The notes: generated from the sequence alone by a model not told the origin. A DNA stretch of 62,967 nt, filler included, from Octopus bimaculoides (GCF_001194135.2; 6 parts of 6 records of this genome joined end to end with filler, not necessarily neighbours in it), one strand, 5' to 3'; shown: positions 28,522 through 42,453, numbered from the whole stretch's first letter. Numbers and translations: made by a program.

Positions 28522-28601
28522 AAAATCGTTTCGTTTAGTCACGAAATGTATTTGCAATTCAATAGCGCATGTCAAGTGCACGTCGCTGAGGGTGTACATC
28601 T

Positions 28602-29512
28602 GTGAATGCGTGTGTATATGTTTGTATTTGGGCGATTGTATATATGCACAGCAATATATGAACACACAAACAGATATGTGTATGTATAGGTAGATAACAA
28701 AACAAAGTCAGACAGACAGGATGGAAACATGGCTTACAGCTGCATATGCCAACGAAGAAACCGCGCACTGGACACGTGTCGTAGGGTTGTAAACATTTTT
28801 ATATCAACATCTTTCACTCTGAGGGTCATTACTTGAGGTTTCACTGACACGAGAAACCTAAATGGCCAGTGTGGTCTTTCGAACGAGGAGTTCTTGAAAG
28901 TCTGAAAGACCAGAGGGGAATCATGCGTCAGAGGGCCTTCAAGTAACATACCGAGCTGAGCACCCGACTATAAATTTAGTAAAGTGAACGAGTATTTGTG
29001 AGCTGATTTAATTTCTGCCAACACCGGACTTCAATTACGTAATCGCAGCCAATAACTCGGGGATCCTTTTATTGAGCCTGGGCGCAGCTCATTTATTTCC
29101 TTCAGCACTTACTATATATATGCATGTATGTATGTTATGTGTGTATGAATGTGTTTGTATGTATACACCTACATGTATACATACATGTGTTTATGCAGAT
29201 GTAATATGNNNNNNNNNNGTGAATGCGTGTGTATATGTTTGTATTTGGGCGATTGTATATATGCACAGCAATATATGAACACACAAACAGATATGTGTAT
29301 GTATAGGTAGATAACAAAACAAAGTCAGACAGACAGGATGGAAACATGGCTTACAGCTGCATATGCCAACGAAGAAACCGCGCACTGGACACGTGTCGTA
29401 GGGTTGTAAACATTTTTATATCAACATATTTCACTCTGAGGGTCATTACTTGAGGTTTCACTGACACGAGAAACCTAAATGGCCAGTGTGGTCTTTCGAA
29501 CGAGGAGTTCTT
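28602..29512. repeat. 294-bp direct duplication next to a 10-N gap
   Basis: 28602-28895 matches 29219-29512; I found one difference (C28811 vs A29428). Confidence 0.85.
28738..28967 (-). CDS. Candidate exon of unknown protein
   Basis: Acceptor aaatttatag|, donor CT|gtaagc, open frame SGAQLGMLLEGPLTHDSPLVFQ...FTTLRHVSSARFLRWHMQ in non-repetitive sequence. No family recognised with confidence. Confidence 0.25.
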
Positions 29513-29612
29513 NNNNNNNNNNNNNNNNNNNNNNNNNNNNNNNNNNNNNNNNNNNNTTAATTAATTAANNNNNNNNNNNNNNNNNNNNNNNNNNNNNNNN
29601 NNNNNNNNNNNN
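29513..29612. other. Artificial 100-bp contig linker (44 N + TTAATTAATTAA + 44 N)
   Basis: The same 12-mer preceded by 44 N recurs at 54264, 58535, 60280 and 61818; it contains stops in all six frames. Confidence 0.95.
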
Positions 29613-29647
<35 letters not shown>

Positions 29648-29672
29648 GTATGTATATGAGACCACTAAGTAG

Positions 29673-29753
29673 ACTGCTAATGTGCTAGAAGAAGATCCCC
29701 GAATAGACTTTTTCTTTGAGAACTATTCGGTGATCTTCTACCACATTAGCAGT
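29673..29753. repeat. 81-nt hairpin
   Basis: actgctaatgtgctagaagaagatccccgaatag pairs with ctattcggtgatcttctaccacattagcagt; two mismatches, one 3-nt bulge, 16-nt loop. Confidence 0.8.
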
Positions 29754-32700
29754 GGTATCTTTTATATATACATATACAATAATCCTTTTGAGATCTCAGA
29801 TATTTTTTTCTGAATCTCCTGATTCTTTTAATGTGCTAGTTACCTGGTATTAAATTGATATTAATATCAATTTGTTACCCTACTACTTTAATTATACATA
29901 TATATGTATTGTGAGTTACACACACACGCACGCACGCACGCACGCACGCACAGACACACACGTACACACACATAGGCAAAGGAGATTGTGAACAAAAATG
30001 GTTCCAAATATGTGGCTGGCTCATTCCTTTATTAGATTTTCCATGTAGTACACTTTCCGCCACAGGGCACGGACACTTTTTTGCTCCTTATTCTCGCTAC
30101 GAAATCCAATGAATCAATGATTGAAGCACTGGAAGACTACAGCAAACGTCGCTATTGTTCACAAAATACTACATGTAAACATGAATAATATAAATCTTAC
30201 ACTCTGATCCCGCCTATCACACGTTGTCGTCTTAACAAAAAGACATTCAATAATCGAATCAATGATATTCAACGAGAAATAGTAATGATCGAAGCGCCTT
30301 TATGCCTCTACGCAATGCATATAAGATTTCGGCTAAACACATAAGTAACGATTTTGAAAAACATATAAATGAAATGTTCTTACATTCCTTACCTAATAAA
30401 TACGTGACCTCATGTCTAAATATAAATCAGTATTTACTTTCATCCTGCTTGTTTCATAGTTCAAACATCATTCAGCGTTGACCTTCCCTTTCGTTTGTCA
30501 GTAATAAATATATCGGCAGATTAAAGATTCAAAAGAGACTATGTACATTTACGAGGCATCGGTGATAATCTATATTGGCATTTAACAACGAAGCTATAAT
30601 TTATATCCAAATGAAAATGAAGAGTCCTGTAGTTAATTACATGAATGGGATTGATTAAATCGTTACTAAGTTTTCGTACATCCAAAGTGCAACGCAGCAT
30701 TGAATTTCATCTGGTTTAATGCACCGAGATGAATATAGAAGTAAGTACAGCAATAAAATTTGTAACGGTTTAGTATCATGGAAATTTGTTTCATCATTTA
30801 GCAGAGACTAGTTTCAACTCCTGTAAAGTAGTTACAAGTTCACTTGCCAAAGACAGACGACATAAAGTTGTTGTTGTTGTTGTTTGTCTGATATCATTTA
30901 AACTCAGAACAGTTCTGCTCAAACAGATTTATAAAGCAACAATTTATAACCTTTGACAACTGCTGTTATTTTCACCTACAATGTATCTAATATCACATTA
31001 TTCAATGTGTTTTTGATTTTAGAATCAGTGTATGAAGCATTCGTGTGAATTGTTAGACTATGGATTCCTGGTTGGATCTTTACACGTGAAAGTTCATTTC
31101 GTTATTTAATCTCTGGAAATCACTGATCCAACAACCTGTGTTAAAATGGACTTCCACTCATAAACATAATTTTGTTTCCGTATATATTGAAATAATTTGT
31201 CGAAGCCATCAACATCTTTCTTATATTAAGACGATAGCATGTAATTTGAAGACATTTCGCTAGTATTTATAGCACATCGAATAATTCTGCAAAGGCTTCT
31301 CAAAGTCTCATGTGATGTCTCATGTATTGCTCAATGTTTCATTTATTGCTTCTCAATGTCTCATGTAATAGCAGCAAAATTACTTATGCAGCATACATTA
31401 TCGTCGATTGTCCACGAATCTAGGCTGTCCTTGCCTAGATGTGTTGGCTTGAATTCTTATCGGCGTTTCTGAAACTTAGTGTTTTTTTTCTTTTTGGTTA
31501 GTGTGTTGATGTTTTATGTTTAGGAGGTGGTTCATATTGGTCTGCTTTCTATCTTTTGAACCATGTAGCTTGTGAGGCCCTAGAGCTTGCGTTCTGTTGA
31601 CGATGCTCATACACTCATTGAGTTATATAGGCCACTACACCACAGCAAATATTGAAACTTGTGGTGGGCGTCAACAACACATGCTGCTAAAAGAATCACG
31701 ACAATAATGCAAGCTGCGTCCTACATTTGATCAGTCTATTGATACATCGTATAAACGAATAATTATGTAAACTATAAAGAAATATATCTCGGTTAATAAA
31801 CACTTGATGACCTTGTAGAAAAGAGATTCAACCAATTCGGAATAACAGCTGAAAACGAATAATTAGGACCTTACATTCGAAACAAGAAATAAGAGAAAAA
31901 TATATACCCAGTTTCTTTAAAATCAAATTTATTTCACCAACGTGAAAAGATTTTAAGTGACAGGAAGAGTCTCTTTCTTTGAAATATAATAAACAATTAA
32001 GAAGCAGATAACATCTCTTGCGATAAATAAACTCATGTACCTGTGCTTCCGTGGACAGCGCCATTTAATTTCCGGGGAACGGAAATATAAGATATGGCCT
32101 GAGCTGATTCCTGCTTTCCTGCGATTACCCAAACAGATGTCCAATGATAGATGTCCAATGATACAATTTAATTTGAAATATCTAAATGGTTTGAACTCAA
32201 ACTGAATTGAGATATGAATTTTCTGAGCAGAACTTCGTCATAAATATTTCCCTTAGGTAAATTTAGTAAAAGAAAAGATATCATTATATCTGGAATATGT
32301 TTCAATGTCGAAAACTCTTCTGTTTTGAAACCTGCGTGCATTTCTCAAAATCAGTGACTTTTCAAAAGCATATATTTAGCGGACATACTTTATTTTTAGG
32401 AGCATCTCGTACAATATTTAGTAATCGATTACTTAATCTATTTTCTCGACTCTGACTTAAAACAGGCGGTTGTTATTTCAGGGAGACTTGGCAGACATTT
32501 CATGTAAATAAAATGACTACATAGAAGCTCTCTGGTGGCTATGTTTTATTACTGGATTCTTAGGCAGAAGGCTAAAATTTGAATAGGCAACAAGTGAGAT
32601 GTTGAAACATCAACCGTTTCTAGAACAAGTTCCTTCTTAAGAAGCTATTTTGCCAATATGGTTTATTGCGTAAAATGTAATGTCACTTCTGGAGTTTGGT

Positions 32701-34784
32701 CTCGGTTTAACCGTAAAACATTAGACTTATGGTTGAATGCTAAAAGCGGGTTAATCATTCTGTTCATCGTAAAGATTATCAAGGATTATATTATAGATTC
32801 TGTCCATTTGTGTTTATGAATATAACGTGTCATCTCGTATATGATTCGTTGCGTCTTTTGAGAATGCCAGCTGATCAAATGAAGTAATTGCATGGTCAGA
32901 AGCAATATTTCATTTGCTAGTCAATTTTGAATTTATATTTTAGTCAAGGAGAAAGTAGGTATCAAAGGTACGTTAGACGTTTCTGCGAAGCCTGTTGAAG
33001 GGGTAGCGGACTGACCCGAATGCTTGCAATTGTATGGTGTCACGAGGATGTTTTAAACCGGCTAATGGGTTATATCTATCTATAAGGCAAGTATGCCTTG
33101 GCGGGATGCGAGCTTAGAACGCAAAATGCCGTAAGGAATAACACAATAGCCCTGGAATGATATAGTTCTGCGAATCCACCACTTAGGATTAGCACATTTT
33201 ATTCAACCGGGAAATGACGAACGTCAGGTATGACCTGGGTGAAGTCAATGCACAAAATTGAAGCAAATACCCGAAGCACTATCACTGGTTGTTTGTCATG
33301 TTTTAAAAGATAAAGATACTTTTGAAAATAAGTTGCTATCCATAACAATCATAAAGGACTGTGTCCGAATTTAGTGCTATAATGACTTGAGGCGTATGAG
33401 GCCGATTTTCGTCTATAGCAATAGGTGGATTGTACTATTCTTGTTAACAAACCACGAATAAATGCACTTTGAGAAAACTTTGTCACTTTTGAATTTTCTA
33501 ATACTTTTATTTTTGGATAGCATATTGCTTTTTGTTTTTTTAATCCTGAAAGGCAAACGGTCAAATTAAGCCCGAATATACAGTATATGGAAGGCGCTTT
33601 TTTTAACCACTTTAAACACCCGGAAACTGAGAGTAACATCTGAATGTTGTCTGAGCTTCATTCGTTTTGCTACGTTGTGCCATATGAATAACAATGTACG
33701 ATTATGAAAAGTATACCGATAAATATCAATCAATACTTATATAAATAGATCAATAGGCATATACTGATGTTACATGCATAATTATTTGTCTTGATATTTG
33801 GTATGAAATAGAAAGAACAGCTTAGAAAATTAAGCGACGTTAGTTCTGGAATTCAAACAATATATTCTCTTGAGATATTCTTTGATATGGAGAGCTTTAC
33901 TGAATCAATTACTCCTTGACTATTTTCAGTTCAATTGTATATTATATTCCCATTTTTGTTTGCTGAAAGATACACACATATACACATGCACACATATACG
34001 CATGCTTACATGCATGCATACATATGAGTATGTATTAATGTATGTAGGCATGAAAATATGCGAGTGGAAGTAAGCAGAGAGAACATTCCAATTACTTCCA
34101 AATACATCTGAGAAACATTATTCGTTCCAGAAAATTAATCTCAAATGAACCAACTGTGAAAAACACGAAAGTTCAGTTTAACGAAATTAAATGGTGATAT
34201 AAAGGAGAATGAATGAGTATTATTTTTGAAAGCAGTCGAGTTAACTTCCGACATGTTCCAGACTTTATAAATACTCTTCAACCTGAAATTTCACAACCAA
34301 CATATGCAAATATCGCAGAACAAACAAAAGATAAGGTATTTTGTGGAAAGTAAATTTATTGATTATGCAAATTAAGATTCTAAGATCTAAAAATTTACCA
34401 TGCACGCCCTCTGTGCAAAAGTCCTATTTTTATAAACTGGTTACTATACTAAATGTGGTGAGCACAAAGTAGCATATATAAATTAGAGTTTCTTATTTAA
34501 ACATTAATTTATATTAACGACAATAGCATTTCTTGTTCGTTCGTTTGTAATTTCAATTGATAAGGAATCATTTTCATTTTTCCACCTACATTATGGCATC
34601 CAGCATTTAGCTGCATGATCTTCATGCGGAAGATGACAACATGAATATTTTCAGTACATTTATTTTTAGTAGATTTATCAATGGTTTATTTTCACTCAAA
34701 TTTCTATATCTGTTTAGAATCCTGATGTCTGCTGTTATTTGAAGGAGCCTATCAAGTATAAAATTATACGAAACATCTCAATAT

Positions 34785-35220
34785 TTCTCGGGGGCACTTT
34801 TTAAATTTTAGTGTAATGAAGTACCAAGACTCCTCTTTTGCTACAGTGAGAACAAGTTTCATTGACAAAAACTGACATTGGCGAAACTACTGGAGTTGGA
34901 GTTGGACGTTCTCCATCATCCACCATACTCACTTGATCTTGCCCCTCTGACTACTATTACCACTTATTCCGGAATTTGGATATCTTTTTGATAGGGAAAA
35001 ATTTAATTCCCACGTTGCTGTAAAACAGGCCTTCCAAGATTTTATTGACTCTAGATTGCCAGGCTTTTACAGTTCCGGGCTGGACAAGCTACCGCTGAAA
35101 TGGCAAAAATGTATTGACAATATGGGTGCATACTTTGATGAATAAAACTATTCCTTGTATTTATAAAACATTAACAAACATTTTTTCTTTACTACAAATT
35201 TCATACTTCATGACCTAATA
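34785..35220 (+). mobile_element. Mariner transposase relic (C-terminal half and right end)
   Basis: With two 1-nt deletions it reads TLAKLLELELDVLHHPPYSLDLAP(S)DYYYHLFRNLD...AFQDFIDSRLPGFYSSGLDKLPLKWQKCIDNMGAYFDE*, containing the mariner YSPDLAPxD motif. Stop ends 35145; a TIR-like end ...gacctaa is followed by TA at 35219-35220. Confidence 0.88.
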
Positions 35221-36009
35221 TATACATAGATACGTACGTATATACATACATACTTACATACATACATGCATACATACATACATAGATGCATACCTACACA
35301 TATGAATGCAAACATATATATATATATATATCCAAAAGTACATCCATTCATTCATTCATACATACATGATGGAGTCGAATAAAGACACGTTAGCATAGGG
35401 GCTTGTCCATTCTCCCGAATAATGAATACTATTTCCAATAAAGTTTTCCATAAATTCAAGCCTGACTGTAAAAAAAAAAATGAATAAACAAAATGCAGAA
35501 GCTGGTTGTCGTCATATAAATGGAAAGAACTGAACTGTTTTGTAAAGATCATTGAATTAATAGAACAGCGAAATTAAATAAATGCACAAAATATAAAAAC
35601 AAAGAAAACTTCATTCACCTTGGTGAGACAAGAACACAGAGTGAGCTATTGCAGATATCGGGACTATTGTGAAAAATTCCTGTGATATTTCGAAATGAAC
35701 CAAGACCTATACCAGTTCTATGGAATGGTTAAAAAAATTCTTTGATAGACATTAAGAGACTAAGAAAAAATATATATATTAAAAAATAACCAGTATTCTC
35801 AAATATTACAGAGAAACAATCACACCAGCAGGCTAGAATTTTTGAAAAGAAATGCACCAGCTTACCGAACAAGTTCGCATCATTAAAATGGTACAAATAA
35901 TAATACTAGTAATGACAAACCAGAAATTTCTTTTTCCTTGATGAGACTGTGAAAGGCATGACACATATAAACATACATGTATCGGTATATATATGCAAAA
36001 GTTTGCATG

Positions 36010-36145
36010 AAGGTATGAGCGTAGCTATGCATTTAGTGTGTTAGACACGCAATCATAAGCTAGTGGGTTCGATTGCATGGTGCGTTGTGTCTTTGAGACG
36101 CATATCATTCCACGTTGCTCCACTAAATTCAAAATAAGTACCTAC
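36010..36145 (+). mobile_element. Degenerate CORE-like SINE head
   Basis: gggttcgattgc B box followed by gcgttgtgtctttgag...ttccacgttgctcca, similar to the 21 kb copy. Confidence 0.5.
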
Positions 36146-36659
36146 AAGCTACTAGTACAACCCGTGTCTCTTTAGAGTTTTCACCTCCTCGGTGTTACAT
36201 TGGAATGTCATTCTTTATTTAAAAGCAGTATTCGGTATGCTAATTTGTACAGGAAATTTAGGTTACCAACTCTGATCGTCTGTAAATAAATTATAAGTCA
36301 TTCGACAATGAATTTCAAGAAATTATATTTAGGTCCTCAACGGCAGAATTTGAAATAAAATTTAGATCATAACGTAATATCTTAGCCAAATCTAACACTT
36401 TATAATATAAATCTAAGGATAATATGTTGCATAATTATCACAAAAGATATATTTGAGAAACGCTTCATTGTAATAAAGATAAGTAGCGTTGAAAAGGACA
36501 TCTTTAGAATATGTTCGAACAAATTTGTCTAAAAGTAACAATGAAGAAAGAATACTTTGTTGTATGTTTTTACAATTCTCTCACAGAAACACTGGTAAAT
36601 ATTGTTAAATTTCGGGTCGGTCATTTCTTTTTTACCAAATGAACACACGGACTATATAT

Positions 36660-36934
36660 TCGTTCTTCACTCCAGATTTATTATTGTTCTTATTTTATGT
36701 CCATTGTCGGGAAATCTTTTGTTACATATCCTGTGACCACTTCAGCGACACTCCACCGCACTTGCTTTCTCTTGTTCTGTCTATACATGGGCGGCTGCCA
36801 CAGTTTTCGTCTAACAAATTTATTAACAAGGGGCGGTAATAAAAAGCACCTTCCAAGATGCCATCGTGTAAACTGAACCAGAAACCGCATGGTTGCACAA
36901 CAATCCTCTTAACCACAGATCCATGCCTGCGCCT
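36660..36934 (-). mobile_element. Diverged SINE, family-B-like head
   Basis: Minus strand begins aggcgcaggcatggatctgtggttaag...ggttcagttt. Confidence 0.65.
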
Positions 36935-37051
36935 ACATATACGAATGTTGTGTGCATATGTGTGTGTTTGTGTACCATATATATATATATACATATATAT
37001 GATATATATATATACACGTGCATTTATGTATGTATTATTCATGCACACGCA

Positions 37052-37151
<100 letters not shown>

Positions 37152-37182
37152 CAAATGAATACAATAATAGCCATGCCAACAG

Positions 37183-37213
<31 letters not shown>

Positions 37214-38476
37214 GTGTATGTACAACTATCGCAGACTCATATTTATACGTTCAAAACTTTTACTCTTATTGCCTTTGTAGATGGTTCAAGTTGCATTATG
37301 TATGAAGAGTTAATTTTCTCTTTGATGTCTAAACAATACAAAAGTATTATTATAGTTTTTCGTTGGTTGTTCTAACAGTCGCTACCGTACAACATCCAAC
37401 GGGTGAATACTATAAAGTACCCGTTCTCGTGTTGGAAATAGACAATTGTTATCTGCTGGTTGTAAAAAAAAAATGCAACAAAATAAATATCTATATTTAT
37501 GCATTTCTCGTAATCGTGAAAAGCAGAAACAAATTATATATTTATTTACATGTTTTTGTTCTCTGGTGTGACCTCACATTGAGTTATGCTCAAGTTTATT
37601 GTGCATCTGTCCAACTTCGACAATATAAAGTACTAGGCAAATACTAATCAAATATAGTCTGCACTAAAATTTATTCATGCATAATTTTACAAACTTTGCG
37701 TGGCGGGAGAGATCGTAACCATCATTAATACGATCATTACTACTACAAATATCATCATAAACAGTACTTTTTCCTTCACAATCAAAACTAACACTAACGC
37801 CACTAATATCTGGCACCGTGCCTTCATCAGAAATCAATACGTATTTTATATGTCGATATCATTAGTGGCCGTCACGAAAGCTCGCCAGATAAAATACATT
37901 GAGATATTTAGTGACGGTTCATTACACTAGGATTTTCAATCAGGCCGAAGTTAACTTTACCTTTCATCATTTCGGTTTAATAAAATACAGTATCAGTCAA
38001 GTATCGATTTAATCAACAGTACCATTTCCTCCCAAATCTCTACCCTTAAGCCTGTGATAGAATTAATTCTTGTACTATTCTGTGTTTTGCTTTGAACATT
38101 GGGACTTGAAATTACACTGGTGCATAATGCAAATTTCAAATTCCCTCTATTGATTTAATTCTTCTATTAAAGGACTACGCTTCGAAACGTTGAAATTTTA
38201 TTTGTTATCTCCTTTTACAATCAACGGTGGGGTAGAGTAAGGCAGCACCCATGACCTTCTATATTTTCAGGGCATCGAGACTAGTGGTAGTTATGGAAGG
38301 AATAATTCGCAAACCAACGGTCTGATAAGAATGACTGGAAAACATAGAATCCCCTTAAAGTCACTACCATCTATTCGTGTTCTTAGACGTAAAATCTCAG
38401 AATGCAAAGAGCTTCGGGTAACGCCCTCAATATCCAACAATCTGAAATTCCTACAATACCCCACCGTTGATTGTTC

Positions 38477-38770
38477 CTACATGTAAGTGACCCTGAAAAG
38501 ATAAGAAAACAATAGTGAGATCGGAGCGATGTATATTTGCAGTGTAGTCTGTCGAAATGGACAAAAAGCTTTTTGACCAACAATCGAACGATGTGCAACT
38601 GTCTCATTCCAAGTTCCACAGACTCTACCTTTTTCTGACACACTCTCTATATTTTTTATCACGTCAATTTTTACTTAACACTGGAAAGTATGAAAAATGT
38701 CTGGTATTCCTTCCATCTTTACTTTTGTTAGATTTATTCAAACTCCAAATATTCCCTCTTAACACATGGC
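38477..38770 (-). mobile_element. Degenerate R4-like LINE zinc-knuckle region
   Basis: SEKGRVCGTWNETVAH resembles the decayed CRxCG...ETxxH CCHC motif; flanking frames are full of stops. Confidence 0.4.
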
Positions 38771-39134
38771 TATGATGCTCCCCAACAACTCCTCCTCATG
38801 ATCAGAGATGCATATATTGTTACTACCTATGGGACATGTTCAAGTGGTTAAGGTCAAACTATCGACATGCAAATATGTTTTATTGACCACAATACTTTCT
38901 ATAACGATATTTCTGCTTCAGCAACATAGTGCAGAATCTGTTTGAAAGGTAATAGAAAATATGTCATTCAAAAAACGTTGATGTCCAGGTCAGAAAAGCA
39001 ACTTTTGAAGGGAATGATAATTATTTCCATTGATTTTTAGACAGAAGCAAATCGGAAGTAGCACTTGCTGATTAAATAAATAAAGAAGAAATTTGTTACA
39101 CGGTGTTATTGAATAGAGAGAAAGGCAGTGTGAT

Positions 39135-39545
39135 AGGCAGAATCGCCCTAAACATACTTGCGATATTTCTTTAAGGTTCTTTAGCATCTGAATTGAAACA
39201 ACTTGGATGTGAACTTCATAGTTAATCTTTCCAGTGCCGAGTAAATAGATTACACTCAAGTACATGATCAATGGTATCGACTAACACTCTTGCCTCAACA
39301 TTACAGGCCCTGTGCCTAAATCGGAAACCAGGAGTGACGATCTGGAAGAATCGTTAGTATGTCGGATAAAACTTGTTCGCGGTATTTTTTCTGGCTCCTT
39401 AAATTCTGAGTTTAAAACCCCACCAAGTTTAAATTTACGTGTCATTCTTTTGGGGTCAATGAAATGAAGTACCAATTAAGTATTAAGGGTTCATGTAAGA
39501 AACATTCCTCCTACCTCTAAAATTTCTGGCCCTTTACCAAAATTT
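39135..39545 (+). mobile_element. Two adjacent old family-C SINE copies
   Basis: Two degenerate matches to family C, e.g. ttctgagtttaaa...ttttggggtcaatgaaatgaagtacc; boundaries approximate. Confidence 0.45.
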
Positions 39546-40081
39546 GAATGAATTATTTACTAGAGAGACACAGCGACTGATATTAAGAATATTAAGACAA
39601 TATTAAGAATCCTTACACATTACAATGCCTCACTATTCAGAGTCCATTTTGAACATGTTTGGTCTTTTTCTTATCACATTCTGCTTGCAATTCATAGCGA
39701 TTATTTCTGAATTCCAGTCGGCTAACCTCATGAAATCAAATTTAATTCCGGCCTTGTTAAACTTCTTTTGTTTCTTTGCAGTACACTAAAATTAATTTGA
39801 GGACAAATTACTGAAACACTACATATGTTTTGTAAATTAGTGGATAAGTTAGTGTTAACATTTCTAATGCATGGATGTATTGGGAAGTGGCAAACATTTT
39901 CTCTGTGTGTTCAAGTAACTAAGAGATTAATAGAATATTATACGGACAAATGTGAAAACTGTGTTTGACTGATGATGTCTTAATATGAGCAAATCATATA
40001 ACATGTCTCCAGTGAGTGCTCAAATAATTAGCTAGTTACATCGAGGAAACGTGTACATTGTATATGACTTGATCTTATAGC

Positions 40082-40126
<45 letters not shown>

Positions 40127-40960
40127 GGAAAATGTTCTCTATGTGGCCTGTGTGTTTTCTGTACTCTAGTTGTTGTTATTTTTTTTGTCTACATTTTGTT
40201 TGCAACGTCCTGTACCCAGATATGCACCTATATATACAGGTAGAGATACCACCACGCTGAAAAATAGCAGTCAAATCCTGACTCTAAANNNNNNNNNNNN
40301 NNNNNNNNNNNNNNNNNNNNNNNNNNNNNNNNNNNNNNNNNNNNNNNNNNNNNNNNNNNNNNNNNNNNNNNNNNNNNNNNNNNNNNNNNNNNNNNNNNNN
40401 NNNNNNNNNNNNNNNNNNNNNNNNNNNNNNNNNNNNNNNNNNNNNNNNNNNNNNNNNNNNNNNNNNNNNNNNNNNNNNNNNNNNNNNNNNNNNNNNNNNN
40501 NNNNNNNNNNNNNNNNNNNNNNNNNNNNNNNNNNNNNNNNNNNNNNNNNNNNNNNNNNNNNNNNNNNNNNNNNNNNNNNNNNNNNNNNNNNNNNNNNNNN
40601 NNNNNNNNNNNNNNNNNNNNNNNNNNNNNNNNNNNNNNNNNNNNNNNNNNNNNNNNNNNNNNNNNNNNNNNNNNNNNNNNNNNNNNNNNNNNNNNNNNNN
40701 NNNNNNNNNNNNNNNNNNNNNNNNNNNNNNNNNNNNNNNNNNNNNNNNNNNNNNNNNNNNNNNNNNNNNNNNNNNNNNNNNNNNNNNNNNNNNNNNNNNN
40801 NNNNNNNNNNNNNNNNNNNNNNNNNNNNNNNNNNNNNNNNNNNNNNNNNNNNNNNNNNNNNNNNNNNNNNNNNNNNNNNNNNNNNNNNNNNNNNNNNNNN
40901 NNNNNNNNNNNNNNNNNNNNNNNNNNNNNNNNNNNNNNNNNNNNNNNNNNNNNNNNNNNN

Positions 40961-40994
<34 letters not shown>

Positions 40995-41271
40995 AATTTT
41001 TGTTATAAACCGATCAAGCAAAGTTACGTGCAAAAGAATTTTAGTCGTGACTAACATGCTATTTATATTCCATACATTTGTCTCTAGAAAAATTCGAACG
41101 TATGTGCTGTTTCTCAAATTAATATTGGCAGATATTTGTCTGAAATGGTTTCCGTGATTTTCAAATAAATAGAATAATTATGAATAATATACTGAAGTGA
41201 TTTCCGCTGACTGTAGTTCTTTGAGTTTACCAATATAAACGTATCATGTTTAAAAAAATAATCACCAGGTA

Positions 41272-41484
41272 TTCTTTTCTACTCTTGCCACAAAGCCTAA
41301 AAATTTGGGGAAGTGGACAGTCGATTCGACCAACCCTAGTATGCAACTGGTACTTAATTTATCGACCTCTAAAGGATGGGAGGCAAAGCCGACCTCGGCG
41401 GAATTTGAACTCAGAACGTAAAGACAGTCGAAATTACGCTAAGCATTTCGCCTGGCGTGCTAATGTTTCTGCCAGCTCGCCGCC
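41272..41484 (-). mobile_element. SINE family C, full length
   Basis: Minus strand ggcggcgagctggcagaaac...gagttcaaattccgccgaggtcg. Confidence 0.85.
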
Positions 41485-41503
41485 GTTTTCCATCTACAAT
41501 ATT

Positions 41504-41713
41504 CTTTTCTATTCTAGGCACAAGGCCCGAAATTTTGGGGGAGGGGGCCAGTCGATCAGATCGACCCCAGTGCGTAATTGGTACGTAATTTATCGCCCTC
41601 GAAAGGATGAAAGGCATAGTCAACCTCGGTGGAATTTGAACTCAGAACGTAAAGACAGACGAAATACCACTAAGCATTTCGTCCAGCATTATTAACGATT
41701 CTTCCAGCTCTTG
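41504..41713 (-). mobile_element. SINE family C, full length, with TSD-like flanks
   Basis: Same family as the adjacent copy; flanked by ttttccatctacaatatt (41486-41503) and ttttctaatctacaatatt (41716-41734). Confidence 0.85.
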
Positions 41714-41934
41714 CATTTTCTAATCTACAATATTGATACATAACTGAACCTGATCTCCGTGCTGTATGATCGGTAGCTACCGTCTTAAAAGTGTAATATA
41801 ATACTAGTTTTGCGTACTTCTTTCGACCGAATTTCAATTGTATATCTAGGTTAATTTCATATTTTAGTAATGAACCCGTATATGTACCACCACGCACACA
41901 CTCTCACGCACGCACAGGTGCACAGATACTAATA

Positions 41935-42353
41935 CTCTTTTACTCCTTTACTTGTTTCAGTCATTTGACTGTGGCCATGCTGGAGCACCGCCTTTAGACG
42001 AGCAAATCGACACCGGGACTTATTCTTTGTAAGCCTAGTACTTATTCTATCGGTCTCTTTTGCCGAACCGCTAAGTGACGGGGACATAAGCACACCAGCA
42101 TCGGTTGTCAAGCAATGCTAGGAGGACAAACACAGACACACAAACACACAAACACAAACACACACGCATATATATATATATACATATATACGACGGGCTT
42201 CTTTCAGTTTCCGTCTAGCAAATCCACTCACAAGGCTTTGGTCAGCCCGAGGCTATAGTAGAAGACACTTGCCCAAGATGCCAGGAAGTGGGACTGAACC
42301 CGGAACCATGTAGTTGGTAAGGAAGCTACTTACCACACAGCCACTCCTGCGCT
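41935..42353 (-). mobile_element. SINE family B, full length
   Basis: Head gcgcaggagtggctgtgtggtaag with B box ggttcagtccc, internal CA/TA tract, tail ctccagcatggccacagtcaaatgactgaaac. Confidence 0.9.
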
Positions 42354-42393
42354 TGTTGACAAATAGATGAATATATTGACAAATAGATGGATG

Positions 42394-42453
<60 letters not shown>

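Larger units (their letters stand above)
200..29650. repeat. Dense microsatellite field
   Basis: Many (CA)n, (TA)n, (GA)n, (TAG)n, (GGT)n, (TATC)n and (GAAA/GAAC)n tracts; most N gaps start or end in them. A similar field runs from about 40 kb to the end. Confidence 0.95.
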
